Assembly: GCA_963708025.1 (NCBI GenBank)
Contig: CAVPSB010000032.1
Span: 256,001 to 320,000, forward strand
Source: an uncultured Candidatus Rokubacteria bacterium
GTDB lineage: Bacteria; Methylomirabilota; Methylomirabilia; Rokubacteriales; DASRDR01
Reading direction: 5' to 3'
DNA length: 64,000 nt
The notes under the pieces were generated by a model. The model was given only the letters and a program-made list of their open reading frames with translations. It had not been told where the DNA came from and ran no database searches. Numbering within the stretch: the stretch's first letter is position 1; every line of letters starts with the position of its first letter. Position numbers and translations under genes: made by a program. Positions 53,596-62,494 of this stretch are shown in pieces.

Positions 53596-54705
53596 ATGCG
53601 GTCGGTCGTCCTCCATCGGGTCACGAAGCGATACGGCCGGACGGAGGCGGTGAGGAATCTCGATCTCACCTGCCCGGCCGGTGAGGTGACGGTGCTCCTC
53701 GGGCACTCGGGCGCGGGCAAGACCTCGATCCTCCGGGTGGTCGCCGGGCTCGAGACCGTCGAGGTGGGCGAGGTCGTGATCGGGGGCGCGGTCGTCAACG
53801 AGCTGGCGCCGCGCGATCGCCACGTCTCGATGGCCTTCGAGAGCTATGCCCTGCATCCCGAGCTCACCGTGTTCGAGAACATCGCCTTCTCGCTCAGAAT
53901 CGCGCGGGCCGGAGGGCGGCCGGGGCCGGGCGAGCTCGATCGCCGGGTGCGGGAGGTCGCCGAGCTCCTCGAGATCACGCCGCTGCTCACCCGCCGCCCG
54001 CGCGAGCTCTCCGGCGGACAGCGCCAGCGGGTCGCGCTCGGCCGAGCCCTCGTCCGGGAAGCCGGCGCGCACCTGCTCGACGAGCCCATCGCGCATCTCG
54101 ACGCAAAGCTCCGGTACCAGCTCCTGGCGACGCTGAAGCACTTCCAGAAGTCACGAGGGATGACGACCCTGTGGACCACGCCCGATCAGCTCGAGGCGAT
54201 GGCGGTGGCTGACCGCCTGGCCGTCCTCCGCGACGGCTCCCTCGAGCAGATCGGCCCGCCCGAGGAGATCTATCGTCGCCCGCGCACCCAGTTCGTCGCT
54301 GCCCTGCTGGGTGACCCTTCGATGAACTTCGTCGCCGCGCGGGTCCGACCCGGCGGCGGCGGCTTCACCCTCGAGGCGGGCGGCGTCGGGCTGCCGGTTG
54401 CCGCCGGGCTCGAAGGTGTCCTGGCCCGCCTCGGCGGCGAGGGGGCGGTCCGTCTCGGCGTCCGCCCGAGCGACATCGACCTGAGGCCGGCGCAGATGGG
54501 CAGCGCCGGGCTAGCCGCCGAGGTGCTGCTCTACGAGCCGTTCGGACGGTACGGCGTGACCACGGTGCGCGCGTTCGGTGCCGACTTGAAGGTGAAGACA
54601 CCGGGTGCGGCGGAGTACCTGCCGGGGACGGGGGTGTCGCTGGTCCTCGATCCTGCGCGGTACTGCTTCTTCCATCCCGAGACGGGCGAGGCGCTCGGGC
54701 CCTGA
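53596..54705 (+). CDS. Carbohydrate-type ABC ATP-binding protein 2
   Basis: GHSGAGKT, LSGGQRQR, LLDEP; H-loop reads WTTPD. Confidence 0.88.
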   Translation: MRSVVLHRVTKRYGRTEAVRNLDLTCPAGEVTVLLGHSGAGKTSILRVVAGLETVEVGEVVIGGAVVNELAPRDRHVSMAFESYALHPELTVFENIAFSLRIARAGGRPGPGELDRRVREVAELLEITPLLTRRPRELSGGQRQRVALGRALVREAGAHLLDEPIAHLDAKLRYQLLATLKHFQKSRGMTTLWTTPDQLEAMAVADRLAVLRDGSLEQIGPPEEIYRRPRTQFVAALLGDPSMNFVAARVRPGGGGFTLEAGGVGLPVAAGLEGVLARLGGEGAVRLGVRPSDIDLRPAQMGSAGLAAEVLLYEPFGRYGVTTVRAFGADLKVKTPGAAEYLPGTGVSLVLDPARYCFFHPETGEALGP

Positions 54706-54749
54706 GCGCCCCGCCCAGAACAGTCCTGACCCGGACAAGGAGGACGGAC

Positions 54750-56192
54750 ATGTACCGTATGAGACGGTTGGCGGAATCCGTGCGCCGCGGGTGGCTCGGC
54801 AGCCTGGCGCTCGCGACGCTCGTGCTCCTCGGGGCCCGACCCGCCGGGAGCTGGACGCTGGAGGAGGCGGCCCGGCCCTACAAGGGCACGACCGTCCGGG
54901 TCGGGGTCGCGGTCGTTCCCGTGATGGATGGGCTCCTGGCGCTGGTCGAGAAGGAGTTCGTGGCGCGGACCGGGATCGACGTCAAGATCGAGAAGTTCAC
55001 GCATGACCAGTGGGATCCGAAGGGCGACGCGGACCTCTACTCGAAGACGGGCTACTTCGACATCCTCCAGATGCACTCGAACCGGTCGGAGGACTGGGCG
55101 ACGAACGGGCACGTCCGGCCGATCAACGAGTACATGGACAATGCGAAGCTGCGCGACCCCGCCCTGGACCCCGGGGACTTCTTCCAGCCCCTCTGGGACG
55201 ACATCTGCCTCTTCGAGGGCGGCAAGCGGATGTGCTTCCTGAACTACAACTTCCAGTTCATCTACTGGTTCCGCAAGGACCTGATCAACCACCCGGAAGA
55301 GCGTGCCAATTTCAAGAAGCGTTACGGCTATGACCTCGGTCCGGCCAAGACGTACACGCAGTACCGAGACATCGCCGAGTTCTTCACGCGCAAGAAAGGC
55401 GAGCGACTGGCCGGGAAGGCGCTCGACGACAACTTCTACGGCACCGGCCTCGTGGGCAAGCGCGAGCCCTCGTTCTCGTGGGAGTGGCACGTCGTCCTCT
55501 CCGGGTGGGGTGGGTCCCTTTTCGACAAGGAGGGTCGGCCGACCTACAACTCCAAGGAGAACATCGAGGCCACCAAGTGGTGGTTCGACCTCCGGAAGTT
55601 CGCGCCGCCCGGCGTGACCGAGGCAGGGTTCGTCGACCTCTTCGTGCTGATGACGAAGGGCAACGTGGCGCAGGCGTTCCAGTGGATCGACTTCGCCTTC
55701 GCCATCGATGAGCCCAAGATCTCCAAGGCGGTCGGGGTCTACAGCTACGACGTCCTGCCCGTCCGCGAGAAGGGCATCACGCCGGGCGGGTGGGGGGAGC
55801 CCGAGCCCCTGGTCATCAGCAAGTACAGCAAGAACCCCGAAGCCGCCTACCTCCTCATCCAGTGGATGTCCTCGAAGGACGTCCAGCGGAAGTGGATCGA
55901 GGGGCCGGGAAGCGGCCTGCCGCTCCGGAAGTCGTCGATGAACCTGCCGTTCGCCAAGAAACACCCGGCCTTCGCCCCCGCCGTCTCCTCCATGAAGCGG
56001 GGCTGGTTCGACCCCGGCTTCTCCAACTACATCCAGATCCGCGAGGAAGTGGCGATCCAGCTCACCCAGGCGGCGGCCGGCCAGCAGACCGTCGAGCAGG
56101 CGCTCGGCAAGGTCCAGGAGCTGGCGCTGAAGATCCACGCCACGGGCCCGATCAACCCTGGGCGGGCCCAGAAGAACCACTTCGCGAGGTAG
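54750..56192 (+). CDS. Extracellular solute-binding protein (family 1)
   Basis: Signal peptide, AAGGAGG RBS, operon context, SKNPEAAYLLIQW motif. Confidence 0.88.
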   Translation: MYRMRRLAESVRRGWLGSLALATLVLLGARPAGSWTLEEAARPYKGTTVRVGVAVVPVMDGLLALVEKEFVARTGIDVKIEKFTHDQWDPKGDADLYSKTGYFDILQMHSNRSEDWATNGHVRPINEYMDNAKLRDPALDPGDFFQPLWDDICLFEGGKRMCFLNYNFQFIYWFRKDLINHPEERANFKKRYGYDLGPAKTYTQYRDIAEFFTRKKGERLAGKALDDNFYGTGLVGKREPSFSWEWHVVLSGWGGSLFDKEGRPTYNSKENIEATKWWFDLRKFAPPGVTEAGFVDLFVLMTKGNVAQAFQWIDFAFAIDEPKISKAVGVYSYDVLPVREKGITPGGWGEPEPLVISKYSKNPEAAYLLIQWMSSKDVQRKWIEGPGSGLPLRKSSMNLPFAKKHPAFAPAVSSMKRGWFDPGFSNYIQIREEVAIQLTQAAAGQQTVEQALGKVQELALKIHATGPINPGRAQKNHFAR

Positions 56193-56199
56193 GCCCGTC

Positions 56200-57150
56200 C
56201 TGAGCAAGGTCCACGCGCACGGCGAGAGGCGGGGTACCGGCCCCCCCGTCTCTCGCCCCTTCCTGACGCGCGCGCGCCGGGACGCCTACCCTTACCTCCT
56301 GCTGGCGCCGAGCCTGCTGGCCCTCGTCCTCGTCGGGATGTACCCGTTCCTCTACATGATCGTGCTGAGCTTCCGAAAGCTCGATTTCCGGCGTTCGAGC
56401 ACGGCGGGCCCGTTCATCGGCTTCGACAACTACCGGGCGCTGTTCGGGGAGCCCGTCTTCTGGTCCTCGCTCGAGACCACGGCGCTCATCGTCCTCACCT
56501 CGGTCCCCCTCGAGCTGGCGCTGGGCTTCGCCGCCGCCTACCTCTTCAATCGGCAGTTCCCGCTCAAGCGTCTGGCGGTGACGGTGACCGTGATCCCGAC
56601 CATCCTCGCCCCCGTCGCCATCGCCGTCATGTGGAAGATCATGCTGGCGACCCCGTGGGGATTCTTGACCTACAACGTCTTCTACAAGCTGGGGCTCTTC
56701 ACCGACACGTCGATCTTTGGAACAGCCGGATGGGCCCTGGTCGCCATCATCGGGATCGACGTCTGGCAGTGGACCCCGTTCATGTTCCTCGTCCTCCTGG
56801 CCGGGCTCGGCGCCCTGCCTCAGAAGCCCTACGAGGCGGCCGCGGTCGACGGCGCCTCGCCCTGGCAGGTGTTCTCGCGCATCACGCTCCCCATGCTGCG
56901 GCCGTTCCTCCTCGTGATGCTCTTCATCCGGCTCATCGACGCCTTCAAGATCTTCGACACCGTCTTCATCCTGACCAAGGGCGGACCGGGCGTGGCCACC
57001 GAGGTCCTCTCCGTGTTCGCCTACCGCTACAATTTCGAGTACTGGAAGCTCGGGGAGACGTCCGCCCTCGCCATCGTGATCTTCCTCATGTTCTTCGCCG
57101 TCTTCGGACTGCTGTTCGCGGTGCTCCAGAAGCGCTACCGGGTCTTCTAG
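56200..57150 (+). CDS. Carbohydrate ABC permease (MalF-like), probable CTG start
   Basis: DVWQWTPF, YEAAAVDGA, FKIFD..LTKGGP; TM1 lies upstream of the first ATG (56338). Confidence 0.85.
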   Translation: MSKVHAHGERRGTGPPVSRPFLTRARRDAYPYLLLAPSLLALVLVGMYPFLYMIVLSFRKLDFRRSSTAGPFIGFDNYRALFGEPVFWSSLETTALIVLTSVPLELALGFAAAYLFNRQFPLKRLAVTVTVIPTILAPVAIAVMWKIMLATPWGFLTYNVFYKLGLFTDTSIFGTAGWALVAIIGIDVWQWTPFMFLVLLAGLGALPQKPYEAAAVDGASPWQVFSRITLPMLRPFLLVMLFIRLIDAFKIFDTVFILTKGGPGVATEVLSVFAYRYNFEYWKLGETSALAIVIFLMFFAVFGLLFAVLQKRYRVF

Positions 57151-57959
57151 TGCGGCGACTCGTTCTCGGCGTCCTCATCGTGTTCGTCGTCGCGACCTCG
57201 CTCTTCCCCTACCTCTGGATGCTCGTCTCGAGCGTCAAGCCCGAGAACATCATGTACGCCACGCCGCCGGTCTGGATCTTCCGCCCGACCGCCGATCACT
57301 ACTGGAACGCCTTCGTGACCAAGGGGTTCTGGCGGAACTTCCTGAACTCGGCGATCGTCTCGGTCTCGACGACGGCGCTCGTCGTGCTCGTCGGGACCCC
57401 GGCCGCCTACAGCTTCGCCCGCTTCCGGATCCGTCGCAGCGACGACCTCTTCATGTACATCCTCTCCACCCGGATGGCCCCCTCGATCTCGCTCGCCATC
57501 CCGTTCTACCTGATGTTCGCGAGCCTCGACCTCCTCAATACCTACACGGGGCTCGTCTTCGCCCATCTGACCTTCAACCTGTCTTTCTACATCTGGGTCC
57601 TGCGCGGGTTCTTCCGGGACGTCCCCGTCGAGCTGGAGGAGAGCTCGATGGTCAACGGCTACACCCGCTGGCAGGCATTCACGCGGGTGACGCTGCCGCT
57701 GGCGCGCTCCGGGATCATCGCCGCCGCGATCTTCTGCTTCATCTTCTCGTGGAACGAGTTCCTCTTCGCCCTCATCCTGGGCGCCGGGGACGTACGGACG
57801 CTGCCGATCGTCATCCCCTCGCTCATGAACCAGCGCGGGGTGGAGTGGGGCGAGATCGCCGCCATCGCCAGCGTCGTGATCCTGCCGATCCTGCTCCTCG
57901 TCTTCGCCGTCCAGAAGCACATCGTGCGGGGCCTCACGATGGGCGCCGTGAAGGGATAG
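57150..57959 (+). CDS. Carbohydrate ABC permease (MalG-like)
   Basis: ELEESSMVNG, FSWNEFLFA, VRGLTMGAVKG. Confidence 0.9.
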   Translation: MRRLVLGVLIVFVVATSLFPYLWMLVSSVKPENIMYATPPVWIFRPTADHYWNAFVTKGFWRNFLNSAIVSVSTTALVVLVGTPAAYSFARFRIRRSDDLFMYILSTRMAPSISLAIPFYLMFASLDLLNTYTGLVFAHLTFNLSFYIWVLRGFFRDVPVELEESSMVNGYTRWQAFTRVTLPLARSGIIAAAIFCFIFSWNEFLFALILGAGDVRTLPIVIPSLMNQRGVEWGEIAAIASVVILPILLLVFAVQKHIVRGLTMGAVKG

Positions 57960-57968
57960 GAGACACCG

Positions 57969-58910
57969 ATGGGTGCTCACCACGAGCTCCACGCCTCGTC
58001 GAAGACGGTCCATTGGGGGTTCTTCGACGCCCGGCTGCCACCCGTGCTGCGGGTCGCGTCGGGCGACCGCGTCACCTTCCACTGCCTGACCGCCGAGCCG
58101 GAGGACCTCCCGCCCGACCCCTCCTGGGTGCTCCCCGAGCTGCGCGAGGTGCACGCCGGGTGCGAGCGCGGGCCCGGGCCGCACTTCATGACGGGGCCGG
58201 TGTGGGTGGAGGGGGCGGAGCCGGGTGACGCCCTCGAGGTGCGGATCCTCGACTGCTGGCTGCGGCAGGACTGGGGTTGGAACCTGATCGCCCCGCTTCT
58301 CGGCACGCTGCCCGAAGACTTCCCGCGGCTCCGGCGCCTGCACCTGACGATCGACCGGGAGGCCATGGAGGCCCGGCTGCCGTGGGGGATGCGGGTGCCC
58401 CTCCGGCCGTTCTTCGGCGTCATCGGCGTGGCGCCGCCGCCGGCGTACGGGCGGATCACGTCGGTCGTCCCCCGCGAGCACGGCGGCAACCTCGACAACA
58501 AGGAGCTCGTCCCCGGCGCCACGCTCTACCTTCCGGTGTGGAATCGCGGCGCCCTGCTCTCGGTCGGCGACGGCCACGCCGTCCAGGGCGACGGCGAGGT
58601 GTGTCTCACGGCGGTCGAGGCGACCGTGTCGGGGACCTTCGAACTGGTCGTCCGGAAGGACCTCCGCCTCGCCTTCCCGCGGGCGGAGACCCCGACGCAC
58701 TGGATCACGATGGGGCTCGACCCGGACCTCGACGACGCGGCCAAGCAGGCGTTGCGCGAGATGATCGCGCTCCTGGGAGACCTCGTCGGCCTCGCGCCCG
58801 AGGACGCCTACACCCTCTGCAGCCTCGCCGCCGACCTCCGCGTCACCCAGCTCGTCGACGGCAACAAGGGCATCCACGCCATGCTGCCGAAGTCCGTGCT
58901 GGCGAGGTGA
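57969..58910 (+). CDS. Acetamidase/formamidase family protein
   Basis: TGPVWVEGAEPGD, HGGNLDN, GDGHAVQGDGEV. Confidence 0.9.
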   Translation: MGAHHELHASSKTVHWGFFDARLPPVLRVASGDRVTFHCLTAEPEDLPPDPSWVLPELREVHAGCERGPGPHFMTGPVWVEGAEPGDALEVRILDCWLRQDWGWNLIAPLLGTLPEDFPRLRRLHLTIDREAMEARLPWGMRVPLRPFFGVIGVAPPPAYGRITSVVPREHGGNLDNKELVPGATLYLPVWNRGALLSVGDGHAVQGDGEVCLTAVEATVSGTFELVVRKDLRLAFPRAETPTHWITMGLDPDLDDAAKQALREMIALLGDLVGLAPEDAYTLCSLAADLRVTQLVDGNKGIHAMLPKSVLAR

Positions 58911-58947
58911 TCGGCGCGCGTACGTCCGTCGGCGGCGGATGGCCCGA

Positions 58948-59344
58948 TCACCGCCCGGGCTCGACCGGGAGCCCGCGCTTGACCCACTCGGCGAAGCCGC
59001 CCTCCAGGATCTCGACGTTGTCGTGCCCGCGCTTCTGGAGGAGCCGCTGCGCCTCGACCATCTCGACGAGGATGTCGGCGTATAGCACGACACGCCCGGC
59101 CCGCGGGATCTCGCCGGCCCGCCGGGCGAGATCGCCGAGCGGTACCGAGCGCGCGCCAGGCAGGCAGCCCTTCCGATAAGCCTCGGCCGGGCGAACGTTC
59201 GACCAGGGCGACGACCTCGCGCTGGTCGAGGAGGCGCTTGAGGAGCCGCGGCGAGACCTGGGGGACATCGAGGCCGAACCCGTGGCCGGCGGGGACGGCG
59301 GTGGGCGCGGCGGCGACCAGGACGAGCGCGAGGGCAAACCTCAG
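58948..59344 (-). CDS. Secreted rhodanese-like domain protein, split by a +1 frameshift at ~59198
   Basis: Signal-like LRFALALVLVAAA; removing one base gives VALVDVRPAEAYRKG.LPGA ... LEGGFAEW...GLP. Confidence 0.7.
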
Positions 59345-59400
59345 GCCGACGACGACACCCCGCAGGCTTCGGGTCCCGCCGGATGCCGGACGGCGGGCGC

Positions 59401-60849
59401 CTACGCCTGGCTCACGATCGGGGGCCAGCGGTCCTTCCACGGACTGGCGGCCTCGAACGCGGCGGACGCCGCGAGCACGAGCGGGTCGTCGAGGTGCCGG
59501 CCGACGATCTGCATGCCCACGGGCAGGCCATCGTCCGTCCAGCCGGCGGGGACCGTCGCGGCGGGCTGCCCCGTCATGTTGATCGGGAACGTGAAGGACA
59601 GCCAGTGATTCGGGCTGACCTTCCGCCCCGCGATCTCCTCCGGCCCCTGGATGCCGACCGGGAAAGGCGGGACGCCGAGCGTGGGGGTGAGCAGGAGGTC
59701 GTATCGGCGCATGAACTTCCACATCGTGTTGTAGAGCCCCTTCCGACCGACGACGGCGTCGGTCAGCTCCTCGGCCGTCCATGGCAGGCGCAGGAACTCG
59801 ACGAGGTGAGGCGACATCCGCTCGCCGAGGCGGTCCGCCAGCGCGCGCATGCCGCGCAGATCCGTGTCGAGCGCCACCAGGCCCCAGAAGATGGGCTCGG
59901 GGTCGGTCCAGCCCGGATGCGCCTCCTCGACGACGCAGCCGAGATCACGCTCGAAGACCCGGACCGCCTGCCCGACGATCTCGCGGACGCGGCGGTCCAC
60001 CGCCGCGTAGCCCCAGTCCGCGCTGTAGGCGACCCGGAGCCCTCGCACGTCCCGCCGGAGCGCCTCCCGCCAGTCGAAGTTCGGCCAGGGCCGGCTGTGC
60101 CGATCGCGGGGGTCGGGACCGGCGATCACCGAGAGCACCAGCGCCGCGTCGGCCACGGTGCGGCTGATGGGACCGATGTGCTCCAGGGACTCCCAGCTCG
60201 AGACGCCGGGATAGCGCTCGTCGCGGCATCCGGGGTAGAGCGGGACGCGACCCATCGAGGCCTTGATGCCGTAGAGGCCGCAGAAGCTCGACGGGATGCG
60301 GATGGAGCCGCCACCATCGCTGGCGATGGCCACCGGTCCCATTCCGGTAGCGACCGCCACCGCCGAGCCGCCGCTCGAGCCGCCGCAGTTCAGCGTCGTG
60401 TTCCAGGGGTTGCGGCTCGTCTCGAACACGGGGTTGATGGTCGTCCCGCTATAGCCGAACTCGGGCACGTTGGTCTTCCCCAGCCCGATCGCCCCCGCCG
60501 CCCGCAGCCGCTCCACCACGACGTCGTCCTCGTCGGGGACGAAGTCGGCGTAGGCGAGCGACCCCGAGACGGTCCGGACGCCGCGGGTGAGGACGAGATC
60601 CTTGATCCCCAGGGGCACACCCGCCATCGGCCCCACGTCCTTCCCGGCCATGATGTCGCGCTCGAGGCGCCGGGCGTCGGCCCGCGCCACGCCCGGGGTC
60701 GGGGTGCAGAAGGCGTGGAGCCGCGGCTCGAGCGTCTGCATGCGATCGAGCACTGCCTCCACCACTTCCACCGGCGAGAGCTTCCGGGCGCGGACGAGTC
60801 CGGCGAGGGCGACGGCGTCGAGCCGGCAGATCTCGTCGTTGTTCGGCAT
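59401..60849 (-). CDS. Amidase signature family enzyme
   Basis: [33 protein letters not shown]. Confidence 0.93.
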   Translation of the reverse strand: MPNNDEICRLDAVALAGLVRARKLSPVEVVEAVLDRMQTLEPRLHAFCTPTPGVARADARRLERDIMAGKDVGPMAGVPLGIKDLVLTRGVRTVSGSLAYADFVPDEDDVVVERLRAAGAIGLGKTNVPEFGYSGTTINPVFETSRNPWNTTLNCGGSSGGSAVAVATGMGPVAIASDGGGSIRIPSSFCGLYGIKASMGRVPLYPGCRDERYPGVSSWESLEHIGPISRTVADAALVLSVIAGPDPRDRHSRPWPNFDWREALRRDVRGLRVAYSADWGYAAVDRRVREIVGQAVRVFERDLGCVVEEAHPGWTDPEPIFWGLVALDTDLRGMRALADRLGERMSPHLVEFLRLPWTAEELTDAVVGRKGLYNTMWKFMRRYDLLLTPTLGVPPFPVGIQGPEEIAGRKVSPNHWLSFTFPINMTGQPAATVPAGWTDDGLPVGMQIVGRHLDDPLVLAASAAFEAASPWKDRWPPIVSQA

Positions 60850-60892
60850 GGCGGCCTCCCAGCCGGTGGGCGCCGGCGCCCGACACCCCCCC

Positions 60893-61062
60893 AGTTCGGG
60901 ACCTCCCGCCCACCCCCAGCCCCCCTCCCGATTGACCGGATCGATCGGACGGCCTTCGGCCTGGGGGGACGGCTCGGGCCTACGGCCCTCGCGACGTCCC
61001 GTCCCTCCGGCGGGCACTGGGGGGAGGGGGGGGGCCGGACGGCTCCATTCCTTCACACGCTC
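60893..61062. repeat. Family C repeat, copy C5 (contains a family B module)
   Basis: Ends match C3; the internal cgggcctacggccctcgcgacgtcccgtccctccgg matches family B. Confidence 0.78.
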
Positions 61063-61103
61063 GCGTGACACCAGGTTCGAGCATGGTCGCCAGAGGCCGC
61101 GGG

Positions 61104-61607
61104 TCAGGCGCGCAGGGCGCGCGCGGCCTCGGCGATCGCCTCCACGATGAAATGATACCCGGTGCAGCGGCAGAGGTTCCCCGCCAGCATCTCGCGGATC
61201 TCGGTCTCGGTCGGCGCGGGGTTCTCGCGCAGGAACGCGTGGGCTGTGAGCAGGATGCCGGGCGTGCAGTAGCCGCACTGGAGGCCGTGCTTTTTCCGGA
61301 AGGCTTCCTGGAGCGGGTGGAGCGGTTCGCCCTCGTCACCACCGGGACCGGCCGCCTCCGCCAGGCCGGCCAGACCTTCAATGGTCGTGACGCTCCGCCC
61401 CTCGACCTGGACGGCCAGCAAGAGGCAGCTGCGCACGGGCTCGCCCTCCAGCAGCACGGTGCAGGCGCCGCACACGCCGTGCTCGCACCCGAGGTGCGTC
61501 CCGGTCAGATCGAGCTGCTCGCGCAGGAAGTCCGCCAGCGACGTCCGGGGCTCGGTCTCCCCGGTGCGCGGCCGCCCGTTCACGGTCACGCGGATCGCGC
61601 GCTTCAC
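61104..61607 (-). CDS. Mo-hydroxylase small [2Fe-2S] subunit (CoxS-like)
   Basis: [28 protein letters not shown]. Confidence 0.93.
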   Translation of the reverse strand: MKRAIRVTVNGRPRTGETEPRTSLADFLREQLDLTGTHLGCEHGVCGACTVLLEGEPVRSCLLLAVQVEGRSVTTIEGLAGLAEAAGPGGDEGEPLHPLQEAFRKKHGLQCGYCTPGILLTAHAFLRENPAPTETEIREMLAGNLCRCTGYHFIVEAIAEAARALRA

Positions 61608-62494
61608 CGCGGCCGCTCCCCGTCCGTCCCGCGTCGCCCCGCGCGCCCGGTGGCGGCGAGGAGGGTGCGCTCCGCCAGCACCGCCGCGACCCGGCGGCGG
61701 TACTCCGGCGTGGCGTGGAGGTCACCGTCCGGTGACAGCGCCGCGGCCGTCGCCCGGGCCGCCTCCCGGATCCGCGCCGCGGTGGGCTCGCGACCGGTCA
61801 GTAGCGCCTCGGCCGCCCCGCCGCGCACCGGGATCCCGCCCACGCCGAAGAGCGCGAGGCGTGCGCCGGCGAGGACGCCGTCGTCTCCGCGCCAGACGAC
61901 GGCCACCGCGCCGACCAGGGCGAAGTCGCCGTGGCGGCGCGCCACCTCGGCGAAGCCCCACCCGGCGCCGGCCGGCGGCAGGTCGAAGCGCACCTCGGTG
62001 ATCAGCTCGTCGGCCGCGAGCGCCGTGGTGAGCGGCCCCCGGAAGAAATCGCCGGCCGGGATCACCCGCTCCCCCGCCGGGCCGCGCGCCACCACCGAGC
62101 CCTCGCTGCAGAGCAGCAGCGCCGGCAGCTCCGCGGCGGGGTCGGCGTGCGCGACGCTCCCCGCCACGGTCCCGCGGTTCCGGATGGCGACGTGGCTCAC
62201 CGAGCGCATGATCTCGGCGACCAGCGGGGCACGCCCGGCGGCCCAGCGCTCGAGCGCCCGCTGGCGGCAGAGCGCGCCGAGGGCGAGCACGCCGTCGGCC
62301 TCGCGCAGCCAGTCCAGCCCGGCCACGCCGTTGATGTCCACGACGACGGCGGGCCGGGCCAGGCGGAGGTTCAGCAGCGGCACCAGGCTCTGGCCGCCGG
62401 CCAGGACCTTCGCCGCCTCCTGGTGCCGGGCCAGCACCTCCACCGTCTCCGCCACGGTCGCCGGCGCCACGTAGTCGAACGGGGCCGGCTTCAC
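61604..62494 (-). CDS. Mo-hydroxylase FAD subunit (CoxM-like)
   Basis: KPAPFDY, LAGGQSL, IRNRGTVAGS..ADPAAE. Confidence 0.92.
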   Translation of the reverse strand: MKPAPFDYVAPATVAETVEVLARHQEAAKVLAGGQSLVPLLNLRLARPAVVVDINGVAGLDWLREADGVLALGALCRQRALERWAAGRAPLVAEIMRSVSHVAIRNRGTVAGSVAHADPAAELPALLLCSEGSVVARGPAGERVIPAGDFFRGPLTTALAADELITEVRFDLPPAGAGWGFAEVARRHGDFALVGAVAVVWRGDDGVLAGARLALFGVGGIPVRGGAAEALLTGREPTAARIREAARATAAALSPDGDLHATPEYRRRVAAVLAERTLLAATGRAGRRGTDGERPR

